Assembly: GCA_026936335.1 (NCBI GenBank)
Contig: JAPMXV010000043.1
Span: forward strand, 496,001 to 560,000
Source: Mantamonas sphyraenae STR306
Lineage: Eukaryota > Protista > CRuMs
DNA length: 64,000 nucleotides
Direction of reading: 5' to 3'
Position numbers and translations under genes: made by a program. The notes beneath the pieces were generated by a model. The model did not search any database. It was not told where the DNA came from and was given only the letters and a program-made list of their open reading frames with translations. How positions within the stretch are numbered: the first letter of the stretch is position 1; each line of letters starts with the position of its first letter. Shown here one piece after another: positions 1 to 12,544 of the stretch.

Positions 1-3
1 GCG

Positions 4-2643
4 ATGGAGATTCTGTACGACACCGACAACAGCTTGGAGGTTGTGCATACAGTGGGAGCAAACGACCGTCCTATGGCGATGGTGAAGTTGCGTACGGGGA
101 GTGAACAGGGATCTGCAGGCGGACCCGTGGACCTGTGGCAATGTTTGGACGAGGGTGTAGCGGTGTGCCGTGTTCAACATGGCCATTTGACTGCTCCGTT
201 GGTGTTGCCACTGACACAGCGCATGGCCACTCTGCATCGACTGGCTTCACTCGACCTGAGCCACAATCGGCTCGGGGCCGGTGGTGCGGCCATGGTGTTG
301 GGCCAGTTGCACACATGTCCACACTTGATGGATGTCAACCTGTCAGACAACGGGATTGACGATGAGGTGCTGGTGGAGCTTCTGCGCGAGAAGGAGGAGA
401 ATGCGCTGCACGTGGATCTGCACACCCTCACACTGGCGGACAACCACATAGGCGACGCATTCTGTTTGTTGCTGGCCGCTTCGCACAGGCCCGGATGCGT
501 CTTGCGTGTACTCCGCTTGCACAACAATGTCGTGGGTGACGCTGGCGTGCGTGCACTGGCAGAAAGTGGATGGATGGGCGAGTTGCACGAGCTGGCGTTG
601 GAAGACAATGCCATTGGTGACGCAGGCATCATTGACCTGTGCCAGGGGGTGCGCAGGACGTGGGGTAGCACATCGACGCATGGACGTGCTTCGGACCCTG
701 TGAAGGAGGTGCAGGTAGAGCTGGAGGAGGATGTCAACGACGATGCACTGGTTGTGCATGGCGTGCCACAGGAGATCTCACGCAGCAGTGGCAACAGCAA
801 CACGGCGTGCCCGCTGGTGGTCTTGAGGCTGCGTGGGAACCCTGTGGGAGCGGATGGGGCTCGTGCGTTGGGACAGCTGCTGACGGAGGAGGCGTGTGGC
901 ATACGCACGGTGCACCTGAACATGCAAGTGCACGTGGCCCAGCTGTTGCAGGCAGATGCGCCGGTGAGCCGTCTCACGCTGAGTGGAGAAGGGTTGCAGG
1001 ATGTGGATGCTGTGGTGCTTGTGCATCTGTTGCAGCACAGGCCTTCCATGGCTCGACAGGCGCTGCAAAGGCTGGATGTGAGTCACAACCGACTTGGCGA
1101 CGCGGGCATGGCAGCTGTGGCGTCGTTGCTGGGGCGTCGTGTTGCTGGTGGGGACAAGGATGGCGAGGATGAGCTGCTGGAAGGCCACCCCAACCTGCAC
1201 GATTTGGTGTTGCACAACAATGCCATTGGAGCAGACGGGGCGAGGGCCCTTGCGGACGCGCTGGGGTCGGAGGGCAGAGGCGGATGCAAGTCGTTGGGTG
1301 TGTTGGAGCTGCACAGTAACCCGTTGGGCAGCGTGGGCGTGGCAGTGCTGGCAGATGCGTTGCATGCACAGGTGGACTCGTCGTTGCTCACAGATCTGCA
1401 CCTGGACAGCGTCGACATGGGAAGCGACGGCGCAGAGGCGTTGGCCAAGGGACTGCTGCGTACAAGTGCACGGCTGCAAGTGGTGCACCTGAATGACAAT
1501 GGCATCGACGACCGGGGCGTACTGGCGCTGTGTGGGGCGTTGTTGGACAACGAGGAGTGTGGCCTGATTGCGCTGCACTTGGATTGGAACGATGTGGGCC
1601 ACGTGGGTGCACACGCATTGGCTCAAGTGCTGGCACGCGACGACAGGGTGCCTCTTTCACACTTGAGTCTGCGCGGCAACCCTGTGGGCGACGCGGGTGG
1701 TGCACGGCTAGCTGAGGCGGTGTGTCACAATCGCACCCTTGGCCATCTGGTGCTCAATGTGGACGTGGAGGTGCAAGTGCTGCGGCGCAGCCACACAGCG
1801 CCAGACTTGGACTTGTCTGCGTGCAGAGTGACCAATGCAGACGCCGTGGTGGTGGCCACACTGCTGTGTGCCAACACGAGTGTCCAGCGCCTGTCGCTGG
1901 CCGACGGCGAACTCGACGACGGGTGTGTTCCGGCCCTGGAACAGTTGCTCACGGCAAACGCAAGACTGAACACTCTGGACCTGCGAGGCAACCCACGGCT
2001 CAGTCTGCAGGCGGCCGATGCCCTTGCTCGCGTCGCAGCGACTCGCAACCGCGGGTTGCAACACATTGGGCTTGGAGCCATGCTCTCGTTGGCCCAATGG
2101 CAAAGTGACACTGCGCACATGCGCGACTTTGTGTTGGATCCGGGCCACGGTGCGGTGCCTGGCGACGTGGCGGTGATTTCGGTGTACCTTGGCAGCCACC
2201 CGACGCTGCGCTCGCTCACGCTGGCTGGCCTGACGCTGGACGACGTTGCCGTAGAGCTGTTGGCTGATGCACTCGCTGACAACATGCACGTGACTCGTGT
2301 GAACCTGTCGGACAACCATTGCGGGGACAGGGGTGCGTCTTCGTTGGCAGCTGCTCTGGCACGCAACCGCATCCTGTCGCATCTGGACCTGCGGGACAAC
2401 CGCATCCGCAACGGCGGCTTCTTTGCTCTGTGTGATGCGTTGGCCAAACACAACCAAACGCTGACGTGGCTGGAACTCAGCGGCAACTGGATCAAGAGCG
2501 AACGTGCAGGGGTGCTTGTGGACACCATCCGCCAGAACCGCACGCTGACACACGTGGGCCTTCGTGGCGGACAGATTGGGAGTGACGGACAGATTGAGCT
2601 GGGTCTGGTGGCAGCCGACCGGGTGACGGTGGAATTCGTGTGA
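4..2643 (+). CDS. RNI-like leucine-rich repeat protein (NLRC3/RanGAP-type LRRs); may be 5'-incomplete
   Basis: 879-aa intronless ORF with many LxxLxLxxNxIGDxGAxxLA repeats. Confidence 0.85.
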   Translation: MEILYDTDNSLEVVHTVGANDRPMAMVKLRTGSEQGSAGGPVDLWQCLDEGVAVCRVQHGHLTAPLVLPLTQRMATLHRLASLDLSHNRLGAGGAAMVLGQLHTCPHLMDVNLSDNGIDDEVLVELLREKEENALHVDLHTLTLADNHIGDAFCLLLAASHRPGCVLRVLRLHNNVVGDAGVRALAESGWMGELHELALEDNAIGDAGIIDLCQGVRRTWGSTSTHGRASDPVKEVQVELEEDVNDDALVVHGVPQEISRSSGNSNTACPLVVLRLRGNPVGADGARALGQLLTEEACGIRTVHLNMQVHVAQLLQADAPVSRLTLSGEGLQDVDAVVLVHLLQHRPSMARQALQRLDVSHNRLGDAGMAAVASLLGRRVAGGDKDGEDELLEGHPNLHDLVLHNNAIGADGARALADALGSEGRGGCKSLGVLELHSNPLGSVGVAVLADALHAQVDSSLLTDLHLDSVDMGSDGAEALAKGLLRTSARLQVVHLNDNGIDDRGVLALCGALLDNEECGLIALHLDWNDVGHVGAHALAQVLARDDRVPLSHLSLRGNPVGDAGGARLAEAVCHNRTLGHLVLNVDVEVQVLRRSHTAPDLDLSACRVTNADAVVVATLLCANTSVQRLSLADGELDDGCVPALEQLLTANARLNTLDLRGNPRLSLQAADALARVAATRNRGLQHIGLGAMLSLAQWQSDTAHMRDFVLDPGHGAVPGDVAVISVYLGSHPTLRSLTLAGLTLDDVAVELLADALADNMHVTRVNLSDNHCGDRGASSLAAALARNRILSHLDLRDNRIRNGGFFALCDALAKHNQTLTWLELSGNWIKSERAGVLVDTIRQNRTLTHVGLRGGQIGSDGQIELGLVAADRVTVEFV

Positions 2644-2664
2644 GGGAAATGGAATGAATTTGCT

Positions 2665-5600
2665 TCAGCGCTTGGTGCTGACCTCACGCTGGAGGTAGGT
2701 GAGGTACTCGTAGAGGGACATAACGGTGGAGGTCCTGTCCTCGACGAGGGCAGCGAAAAAGTCGTTCTCGCGCGGTTCGCCCTGCTTGATGACCTCAACG
2801 GTGGGGAAGAAGGGCAGCGCTCGGACGCGCAGGTAGTCGACAAGGGCGTTGACCTTGACGGAGAGGGCGTTGTTGAGCTGCCTGGGCAGAACGATCTTGT
2901 GTCCGGGCATGGCGTCGAGGGAGTCGAGGCCAAAGAGGTCGGCGACAAGGTTGGTGTTGACCTGCTGGCCGAGCCACACGAGGAATTGGGTTCCATCATA
3001 GAGCATGTAAGCGCCGCTGGCCTCCAGGGCGTTGACCGTGAGGGGCTGCAGCGGCGGGAGGGTCATGAGGGGTGTGTTGCCTCCGCTCTCGTCGTCCATG
3101 GGCACGCAGTCGTCGTTGGTAATCTTGTGCAGGGCAAAGAGGAGGGGACAGACGTTGTCGCGGGTGCCCGACAGGGGCAGCACGTTGAACAGACTCATGG
3201 CAAAGGTGCGCGTGTCGGGACGCACGGCGTTGCCCGTGCGCAAGACGGGGTTCTTGATCATGCCCAGGACCTGCAGAGGCAAGAGACGCATGGCCTCGGG
3301 CAGCTTGAGGAGCACGCTCTGGCGCTGGGAGTTGGGCAGGTGGGCGTAGTACGCACGCATGCTCTCCAGACACTGGTTGAGAAAGACGTCGCGGCCGGCC
3401 TGCAGATTGTTGCCAACGGCGCGCTGCACCGCACGTTTGGCGAGCAGGCTGGTGATCACATCGACATTGGCCGAACGGATGACGTCGCTGCTCTGGTCGC
3501 TGACTCCGATGCGAGCTGTGTGCACGCGGATGAGGCGTTGGCCGTTGGAGGAGGTGTAGAGCAGGGCCGCCTGGATGTAGGCGCTCTTCTGGGCCTGCAG
3601 GTCATCGCTCACACTCATGCTGATGGCAAAGGTCTTGTCGCAGTCGACGGTGGGCACAGAGAGCAGGTCGGTGCTGCGGATGAAAAAGTGGCCGTGGAAG
3701 GCATCGATGGCCAAGCCACGGGAGCAGCGGATGCGCATGACCGCCTCGAAGCCAGTGGTGCGTGTGAGCAGGTGGCGCAGCTCGCCGGCGAGTTTGGTGG
3801 AGTGACGTTCGCTGGAGTCCTTGTAACCCGGGTACTGGTAGATGTGGCCGCCGGTGTACTTGGGCAGGCAGCCCGTGGAGGCAAGGTCGGCGTAGGCGTC
3901 CTGGATGTGGAACAGATCGACAGACATTTGGGCGCGGGACAGGTCGGCGGCTGTGTCTTTGTAGAACTTGTTTGCACACTGCAGCTGAGCGCTCTCCTTG
4001 TCTGTGCCGAGGGCGCTGACGTTGAGGCGATTCTTCAGTGCGCCGATGCCCACGGTGGGCATGGTGGACTGGAAGAGGATGACCTTGCCGCCAAGGTCGC
4101 CCATGATGAGCTGTGCGGCACGCAGGGCGGGCCCAAGGGCAGTGTCCACCACTTGGGTGCCTTCAAACATGCTGGGTAGCGTGTCCAGAAACTGGTCGAC
4201 CTTGTCGCGTGCGTCTGCCAGCGGTGCCAACAAACCGTGCGGCTTGGGCACAAACACGGGTTCCTTGGGGTCAGCAATGTCCGACACGACGTGGATGGCC
4301 GGCTGGCTGAGGTTTTCACTGAGGTCCACAAAGTGCAGGGCGCTGTCAAACAGCACAAAGCCAATGAGGGTGCGGTCGTCGCCGGCAATGTCGTCCAGGG
4401 CCTCCTTGACGGTGGTTGCCAGGGTGTTGAGCACGCCACTGTTCTGTGCGTACCAGGACACGTCGATGAGGAAGAGGTAGGCGGCCGCTTGGGGCGGACG
4501 CACGGTGTACTCTTCGGGGGCGACAAACTCGACGGAGCCCGAGTGAAGCTCAGGGCGGCTGTTGATGTCCTTGCGCACACCGTTGGAATCCAGGACGCTG
4601 TAATAGTCCTGCGGGGTGTCGTTGAGGGTCCAGCACAGATTACACCTCCATCGCCGGCCGTTCTCGATCCACACCACAAAGGGATTGATGTACGTGCGGC
4701 ACTTCCAGCAACGCACAATCTTCACCTCACCAAAGTCCACCACAGGCACCTCCTCCGCACCGGGCTTCTCGCACAGCGGGTGCACAATGGCCCCAAAGGG
4801 CACGCCGCACTTCTTCAGCAGCGCATTCTGGTTGGCCACACAGTCTGTGCTGAACTGCACAAACTGTTCGCCTGCAGAGTTGGCCACGGGCACCGTTCGC
4901 TTTGTGTCTTCTGCGCAGCTGCCTGTGGGTGTGGTCGGTTGTGCCGGGTGGGGTGGGGGGGGGGGTTGCGGGGACACGCACCTGCGTCAGCTGTGTTTTG
5001 TAGAGGTTGCATGCGTGTACGTGTGCATGGAATCTGTGTGGCGCGTGCCATTCGTGTGTTTGATTGTGCTGTGCGTGCATGGATGCAAGATTGCTGGCTT
5101 GTCGCATGGAAGGGGCTGGAAAAAGACCCATGCGAATTGCCCTCCGGGGAAGAGGCTGTGGGAAAAACGTCCACGCGGCAGGGCCCTGGACACACTTACT
5201 CGGGTTGTTGCCGTCTGTGGGCCTAGGCAGAGCCTGGGAGTCCCAAGTGGTGCTGGGTGCAATGTCGATGGAGCCGCCTTGGCCGAAGGAGGAGGAGTTT
5301 GAGCCTTGGTAGCTGGGGCCGAGATTGTTGAGCTGGCCGCCGCCGTTGTTGTTGTTCACCTGGATCGTGCTGCCGCCCATACCAGAGTTCTGCTGCTGCT
5401 GCATGCCAAAGCCTCCTCCTCCTCCTCCTACTCCCTGCTGTTGTCCGCCCATGCCAAAGCCGTTGCTGCTGCCGTTGCTGCTGCTGCTGACGCCGCTGCC
5501 GTTTCCGCCCAACGACCCGTCGCTCGGCGGTCCTTCTCCGCCCTGCTGGCTCAGCTTCTCGTCCGACGGCGGGCCGCCACCCTGCTGCACCTGTCCGTTG

Positions 5601-5870
5601 CTGCTGCTGTTTTGTGCGTAACCCTGGTTCATATGGTATCCTCCGTAGCCTGTGCCATGGATGCCGCCGCCTTCAAAGTCCACCGACGACGTGCCTCCCA
5701 GACTCTGTCCCTGCGCGCCGTTGTACAGGTTGCCATACGCCCCACCGTACACAGAAGTGTCATTTGGCGGTCCGTCCATGCTCGACGATGACGAGGACGA
5801 GGACGAGGACGACGAACCAACCATGCTGTCTGTAGGCGGGCCGTCCGATGACGTGTCATTCCCTCCGCCA

Positions 5871-5911
<41 letters not shown>

Positions 5912-6319
5912 CAGCGCGCTTCCGTGCAGCGTGGTGCCGCCCCCCTGCGGATAGTCGTACACAAACTGGTTGCCGATGCCTCCGCCGCTGCCCTGTGTGC
6001 TTTGTGTGTCGCTGTTGCTGTTGCTACGCAGTGAGTTGTCGCTGGGCGGCAGGCCGAAATCCTGCTGGCCACGCGACCCGCCTCCGTAGGGCCCTACGCC
6101 GCCACTGCCAGTGTTGTTGGATACGCTGGATCCTCCCAACGTGTTGTTTCCGCCCTGGCTGCCGTTGACCGACGAGCCTGCGTTGCTGCCCGTCGACTGG
6201 GTTGTGTTGCTGCCCTGCATTTGCTGCAGGTAGGCAAACTGAGGCGAAACAAACTGCTGCTGGCCTTGCTGGCCCTGCTGGCCGCCCTGCTGCCCATTCC
6301 ATTGCTGGTATCCGGACAT
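2665..6319 (-). CDS. SEC24: COPII coat subunit Sec24 with Q/G/S/N-rich N-terminus; intron ~4911-5199
   Basis: Zn finger RCWKCRTYINPF...WRCNLC, trunk FLIDVS, GFEAVMRIRCS, gelsolin-like C-terminus LVEDR...SLYEYL; the GTAAGT..CAG splice joins the low-complexity exon in frame (NPK-DTK). Confidence 0.93.
5872..5909. repeat. (CTG)n trinucleotide repeat encoding poly-Ser in Sec24
   Basis: Directly visible tgctgctg... tract. Confidence 0.9.
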
Positions 6320-6548
6320 GACGACGGTCGGTGAGTTGGGTTTTGCAAGAGTGTGGTTGCCGAGCGTTGCTGTGGTTTGTCCGGTGCGGGAAGGCGAATT
6401 CGTGTTTGCTGCAGCCGATCGATGACGTCGATGGGTGCGTGAGACACAAAACTCGTCCCTCTGCTCGGGAGAGGGAGAGAGTGGGACAGGGAAGGAAGGG
6501 AAAGAGGGAGGTTGGGGGTGAGAGGGGATGGAATGCACAGCTGCAACG

Positions 6549-7593
6549 ATGGAAGCCACTGCGGCCGCCGTGCCCGCCAACACGAACCCGACCGCCATGA
6601 AGTTCACACTGCACGACCTGTCGTTCATGACGGTGAGCCTAAGCCACCTGTTCACCACCAAATATGTGTTGTCAGGCAACCAGACATGGCCGTTCCCATA
6701 CCCACTGTTCCTGGCCTGGTTCCACTTTGCGGTGCTTCTGGCCCTCCTTGCTCTGGTGGGCACCGTGGGCACCCTGGTGCCCCAGTTCAACTTTGTGCCT
6801 CCGTACACGTTTGACCTGCGCGTGGCCACGGCAAATGCCTCCTTCAACACCGTGTTCATCTTGGCGGCCACCATGACCAACGTTGCCCTGCGCTTCCTCT
6901 CGCTTGCCGACTATCAATTATTCATGTGCACTACCATCCTCATGCTGTCACTCTACCAGTTTGACACCATCAACGTGACTCAACTCCGCGCATGCCTCGC
7001 CGTTGGTCTCGCCTTTGTCGTCTCCCTCCTCCTTCGTTCCCAGCCCCTCACCACAGCCTCCATCCTCCTCCCGCTCGTCGCCGCCGCCCTGCACGTCGCC
7101 GTCAAGATCATGATCCCGCCCAGCGACGTGGAGCCGTGGTAAGTGTGTGTGTCTGTGTGGCGTGGTGTGTGCTTGCGTGCGCCGGATGCAATGCACTCCC
7201 CACCGTCTGCTAACTCGTCCTCGCCCTTCCCCACCTACCAGGCAACGCCTCATGTACCAGAGCACCATGGCTGTGTGTGTGCTGTTCCCCATTGTGGTGG
7301 CGTCGGGTGAGCTGACAAACATCCGAAAGATGGAGCAGGTGCACGACGACACGCTGTGGGTGCTCGTCTCCTGTGCAGCCTTCATCTACTTTGTCCAACA
7401 CGCCGCCGCATACTTCCACCGCCGCAGCTCCTCGCCTCACACGGCACTCTTCATTGAGTATGCCATCATTCTGCTTAGCTCCCTCATCTCCCTCCTCACC
7501 GTGGGCACTGCTTCCCTCATCGAGGTCGTTTGCCTCCTGGTCGCCATCAGTGGCCGCTTCCAGTTCGACTGGGTTGCCCTGCAGCGGAGGTGA
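6549..7593 (+). CDS. Nucleotide-sugar/triose-phosphate transporter family (DMT) membrane protein; intron 7139-7241
   Basis: About 9-10 hydrophobic segments; KYVLS...FPYPLFLAWFH and NVALRFLSL..YQL motifs typical of TPT/GDP-fucose transporters; GT-AG intron with CTAAC branch point. Confidence 0.7.
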
Positions 7594-7608
7594 CGCGCCA
7601 TCCCCTCG

Positions 7609-8976
7609 TCACGTCGTCCATCGAACGCCCATGATGACCATTTGCAGCAGGGCGGACCCCGCTGCGACACGCAGGGTCCGTGTGATGCGCTGCAGGTGGA
7701 CTTGTGGCGACACCCAGCGACTCTGTGTGGGCAAACCACCTCGTCGTACGGGTCGCATGCGACGCAGTGGCTGTACCATGCGTCGCAGGAGAGTCACGGC
7801 CATGGCAAAGGACCACGTGGCCAGGAGCAGCGGCAACAGGTACGCCTGCAACCGAACCACCTGTGGCTTGATGGCCATGCTGCCGTCGCCTGAGTTCACG
7901 TAACAGAGAATAGCACTGTGTTGCCACAAGGCCTCTGGAGGTAATGAATCGCCCACAAAGGCACTGCCCGTCACGTTGCCGGTCACTTCCGGATCGAGGT
8001 AGCTGACGTCGATCATCGGCAGCGCCCCCTCTTCGTACACGCCGCCCGACGTGCACAGGGTACGCACAGACGCCAGATACCACGAGAAAGACGGCATGGT
8101 CAGTCCCACGGTGTACACAGACATGCCTGGTATAAGTAAAAGGCACACGCACACCACCTTGTGCCACAGCTGCGTCGTCTCGATGTCCATCTCGGCGTAC
8201 ATCAGCTTGGGCGCCATCCAACGCGCCATGGCCCATCCGGCAATCGCCCCAAGCGCCACACATGCGGCCGCCAGCCCCAGGCGTCCGTCAAGCCTCTCGT
8301 GCGAGTGTGCCGTCTCCGAAGCTGCACCGCCGTCCACAGCCAGCGTGCCTTCGTACGAGGCCAACCTTCTACGACTGGCCCTGCGTTCAACCACGTTTGC
8401 GTAGTAAATCCAATCGGGCAGGGTGTACGTTACCACCGCCGACATCCGGATCCGTTTCCCAACGCGGCGTATCGACCCTGGGTGCACCCTCATGCCGTCC
8501 GAAGCCACACGTGGTAGGCGGTTGTCATTCATGTACCAATGCTTTTGTCCGATGGCCGAGGTTGCCCCCCTGTTCACGTCCCAGCTGACCAGGACCCTTG
8601 ACGTGTTCTGCTTGCCAGCTTCAAAGTCGGCCGACAAGTTGCCCAGGACGGAAAATGCGGGCTGATTCTGCAAGGGCGTGGGCAATGGGCGCACGGGTAC
8701 CACGTGGATGTCGTACAACACGTCCTCTGTCTCATGTACGCCAAACCACTCGATTTCAAACGAACCGGGAGCGTTTGCTTTGACCCACAGCCAGCGCTCA
8801 GGGTTGCCCCCGCACCGCATGCCGTACCTACAGTTGTACGGCCTGGCCGCGTCATCGTCATCTTCTTGGTCGTCTTGCAGCACCCCGGCGTCTCTGTTGT
8901 CGTCCGAGTGCACCTGTGCCGTCACCAAGAGCAGGACAAGTGCAACCCCAAGAGCGATCGCCAGATGACGTGGCAT
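7609..8976 (-). CDS. Uncharacterised membrane protein (signal peptide, ectodomain, ~4 C-terminal TM helices)
   Basis: ORF from MPRHLAIALGVALVLLLV; hydrophobic C-terminal segments; no family recognised. Confidence 0.55.
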   Translation of the reverse strand: MPRHLAIALGVALVLLLVTAQVHSDDNRDAGVLQDDQEDDDDAARPYNCRYGMRCGGNPERWLWVKANAPGSFEIEWFGVHETEDVLYDIHVVPVRPLPTPLQNQPAFSVLGNLSADFEAGKQNTSRVLVSWDVNRGATSAIGQKHWYMNDNRLPRVASDGMRVHPGSIRRVGKRIRMSAVVTYTLPDWIYYANVVERRASRRRLASYEGTLAVDGGAASETAHSHERLDGRLGLAAACVALGAIAGWAMARWMAPKLMYAEMDIETTQLWHKVVCVCLLLIPGMSVYTVGLTMPSFSWYLASVRTLCTSGGVYEEGALPMIDVSYLDPEVTGNVTGSAFVGDSLPPEALWQHSAILCYVNSGDGSMAIKPQVVRLQAYLLPLLLATWSFAMAVTLLRRMVQPLRRMRPVRRGGLPTQSRWVSPQVHLQRITRTLRVAAGSALLQMVIMGVRWTT

Positions 8977-9064
8977 CCTGTCAGGTTGGTGGGGCAAGGG
9001 CAGAGTGCAGTCATGGACCGTGGTTGCAGACGATGGTTTGGATGCAAATTTCATTCCAGAGGGA

Positions 9065-11018
9065 TCAAAAACCCAGGAAGGGCGAGGCATAGGCCATGGG
9101 ACGGACGGCAGGGTGGGGCACTGCGTCAAACTGCACATATTTGGGTTGCATGGAGCTGTCAAAGTTGATAAAGGCACCCTTGTTGCCGACTTGGTCGCAG
9201 TAGTTGGGCGCTGAGAAGATGGTGATGCACTTGCCGTTGTGCTCCTCCTCGTAGCCGGCCGGCTTGACCTCGTGCGAACGGACCACCAGGTCCAACTGGT
9301 TGGTTGCCAGAAAGTTGTTGGTCACATCGGCGCCAAAGGCCACGCCGACACCGCGCTTGCTCGGCTGTCGCCCCTGGAACATGGACGGGTCGCTCCACAG
9401 CAACTCGCACATGATGCCGCTGTCGGGCGGCTCACTGAAGCGGTCCACCTGGGCAATATCATCCAGCGTGACGTTGTCCCTGGAAAACAGGCCTCCGTGG
9501 CACACAAACACCTTGTCCTGGATCACCGAGCACAGTGGCAGCGCCTGGAACACCTCCGTAAACATTGTCATGGCCTTCATGCCGTACTTGGCCTTCACCT
9601 CGCCCTCGAACCCGTACATTTTGTTCATGTTGACTGTTTCGTGGTTGCCCCGATGCAGGTGGAACGACTCTGGGTACACACACTTCCACGCAAGCAGGGT
9701 CAGGATGACCTCGCAGGAGAACGAGCCGCGGTCCACGAAATCGCTGAGCACGGGGAGAGTGAGAGTGGGTGCGTAAGCAAGCTGTACGTGTGTGTGTGTG
9801 TGTGTGTGTGTGACGTGGATATCGTGTGGCTGCGGCACGCTTACCCGTTAAACAAATAGGGATTGTCCGGCGACGGCAGGCCGTTGAGCTCGAAAATGTT
9901 CATGAGGTCGTAGAACTGGCCGTGGACATCGCCACACACCGTGAACTTGTCGGACTCGGGCAGGGTGTGGGAAAGAATGGGCGGAAGCGCAGACAGGATG
10001 CGCTTGGCCTGTGAAAGGATCAGGTAGACGTAGTTCGTGTGGATCAGTTTCTGGTCGGAAAAGTCCTGCATCGTCTGGAGCACCCATTCGCGTGTGATCT
10101 CGTTGTTTTCGATGCGAGCCAGCTCATACTTGGCAGGCACGTCTGTGAGAGGGGGGCGAGCGTGTGAGGTGGCGTGTGTCAGAGGGGCGCAGGGGCGAAA
10201 GAGTGCTGAAGGCCATTTGGCACACGCGGTGCCGTTTGCGTATGGATGCGCACAGGCGAAAACTGACCCAGGTGTTGCACATCCACTTCGGAAAACACAG
10301 ATGCTTCCTCGTCATCGCCAATGTCCAAAGCATCGGCGAATTCCTGCTGTTCCATGGCAGCCACGCAGGCTTTGTAGTTTGCGCGGGCATCTTTGTCCCT
10401 GGGCTTGGCCTGCACGACGGTCACGAAGCACCTCTTTGCCTCGCCGTACTTGCCCAGCGCCATCTTGGCTGTTCCAATGCGATACCATGCCTGGGGAAGC
10501 GTGTGTGCGAGGCCGTGTGAGCAAAGGAAGGAAGTGGGAGCGTGTGCCAGGCTTTCCACCGCCGCATTTACGGCGGGTAGCCCCTCGTGGCCCCCGAGAC
10601 ACCCTACCTTGATATACTCGGGATCGAGCTCCAGCGCCTTTTCCGCATCAGCAATGGCCGCGCCGTATTGCTCCAGCTTGATGTATGTAAAGGCGCGGTT
10701 GCCGTAGAACTTGGCGTCTGTGGGGTTGAGTTCGATGGCTTGCGAGTAGTACTTTTCGGCCATGGCGTACTCGCCCTTGCCAAACAGCTGGTTGGCCTTG
10801 GCCTTGAGCTGCATCGACTCTTCCACCTCGTCGTCGCCCACTGCCTTCTTCTCCTGCTCCTTGTTGCCGTCTGTGGTCTCCTCCACCTCCATGGAGTTGC
10901 TGCTGCCGTTGCCACTGCTGCTTCCTGCGCTTCCGCTGCTCACCACACTCACTTCTGTGCTCGTGCTGCTGCTGCTATCCACAGACATATCCGAATCGGT
11001 GCTGTCCTGACGCTCCAT
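9065..11018 (-). CDS. PPP5C: Serine/threonine protein phosphatase 5 (TPR + PPP catalytic domain), multi-exon
   Basis: TPR ([18 protein letters not shown]), [30 protein letters not shown]-terminal VRPMAYAS. Confidence 0.95.
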
Positions 11019-11150
11019 GATCGCCTGATGATGCTGTTCAGTCCTGAGGGAAGGGTGGAACGATTGGCACAGCCATCGCCCGCAACGCACACCAACCCAA
11101 CCCCCGGACGGACAAGAGTGAATCCCTCTCCTTGTTTCACCCCTTGCAAG

Positions 11151-12251
11151 ATGTCCTCTTCCTCGTCATCGTCATCCTCCTGGTGGGACGTGTTGCGTGA
11201 CAACGCCGCGACCATTCTCTTTGCGGCAAGCACAGCCGCGGCGGGTGCTGCCTACTACAAAAGCAACCAACAGGTCCTTGCCCTGCAGGACAAGTTGGCC
11301 AGTGCGAAAAAGGTCTCCCGCTCCCTGCGTCAGAAAATGGAGGACGGCGCCGCCACCTCTGAGAAGGAACTCGAGGCTCTGCAGGTGAGATCCAAGCTTC
11401 TCCCGGCTCCGACACGTGCGCTGGCACTCGTGTCGGGTCTGTGGGACACGGCACGTGTGTGAAAAGGCACACAGTGTGTTTTTTTGCGCGCTCCCGTGAT
11501 GCATGATTGTTGTGGGAAGCGCACCAGAGCGGCTGACACGTGTGCACAGACTCAGCTCGAGGCAACCAAGAAGCTTCTGCAAGCCCAACTGGCCAGTAGA
11601 GACGTCATCCAATCGCTCGGTAAGTTTCCACGGATGGTTGCGGTCTGTTTACGTGCGACTGACACGTGTGCATGTGTATGTGTCGTTTGCACAGTGGGCA
11701 AACCGGCGCCGTACTTCAAGGCGGACGCCGTGATCAACGGCGACATGGCCGAAGTGAGCCTGGAGGACTATTCCACACGCTACCTCGTGCTCCTCTTCTA
11801 CCCGGGCAACTTCAACAACGAAGTGTGCCGCTCCGAAATCCTGACGTTCAACGAACGTCTGAGCGACTTTGAGGAGCTGGACACGGCAGTGGTTGCAATC
11901 AGCACCGACTCCAAATACTCGCACCTGGCATGGTGCAACAAGAGCAAGGCAGAGGGAGGATTAGGCACGAGTCTGGCACTGCCTCTGGTGTCTGACACCT
12001 CGCACGCAATCTGCAAGGACTACGGCGTGGAAATCAACTCGATGGGCGAAGGGGAAGGCGCGGCCTACCACGCCCTGTTTATCATCAGCAACAGCCAAAT
12101 TGTGCGCCAAAGCACCGTCAATGACGTGCAGGTGGGCAAGAGTGTAAGCGAAGTGATTCGCACGTTGCACTCATTCAAGCACAGCGACGAGACGGGCGAT
12201 GGAATCCCTGCCGAGTGGTATCCGGGCCAGGACGGCGTCGCCCTCTCCTGA
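11151..12251 (+). CDS. Peroxiredoxin-like (AhpC/Prx1 fold) protein with N-terminal hydrophobic segment and coiled coil; active site degenerate
   Basis: VGKPAPYFKA, LLFYP, STDSKYSHLAW, PLVSD, ALFII, ND.QVGKSV.E motifs; two introns (~11385-11549, ~11620-11694). Confidence 0.85.
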
Positions 12252-12544
12252 CACCACACACACACACGCACACACACGCGTGAGAGAGTGTCTGTGAGTG
12301 AGGAATTCCTCTCGCGGCGTGGTGTAAATCGACGATGCACACCACCACGTCTACGGATCTACGAATGGAAGGGGACGGGGTGCACAAGAGAACGAGACAA
12401 CGTTGCCAATCAACGCCAACAGCCAACCACACCCGCGGTTTCCCTTTTCCCATCTCCTACACCCACCCACCCACCCCATACACACACCCACACACATCAA
12501 CTCCCGGCTCAGCCTCCTGTTGGCGTACAAAACCGTGTCCCATT

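Noticed and set aside
4727-6880. 717-aa ORF as a separate gene
   Set aside because: Its central part is Sec24 exon 1; the rest is read-through into intron and upstream antisense sequence
12254-12290. CA/TG tracts as telomeric or functional repeats
   Set aside because: Such microsatellites are common in introns and intergenic DNA throughout the window
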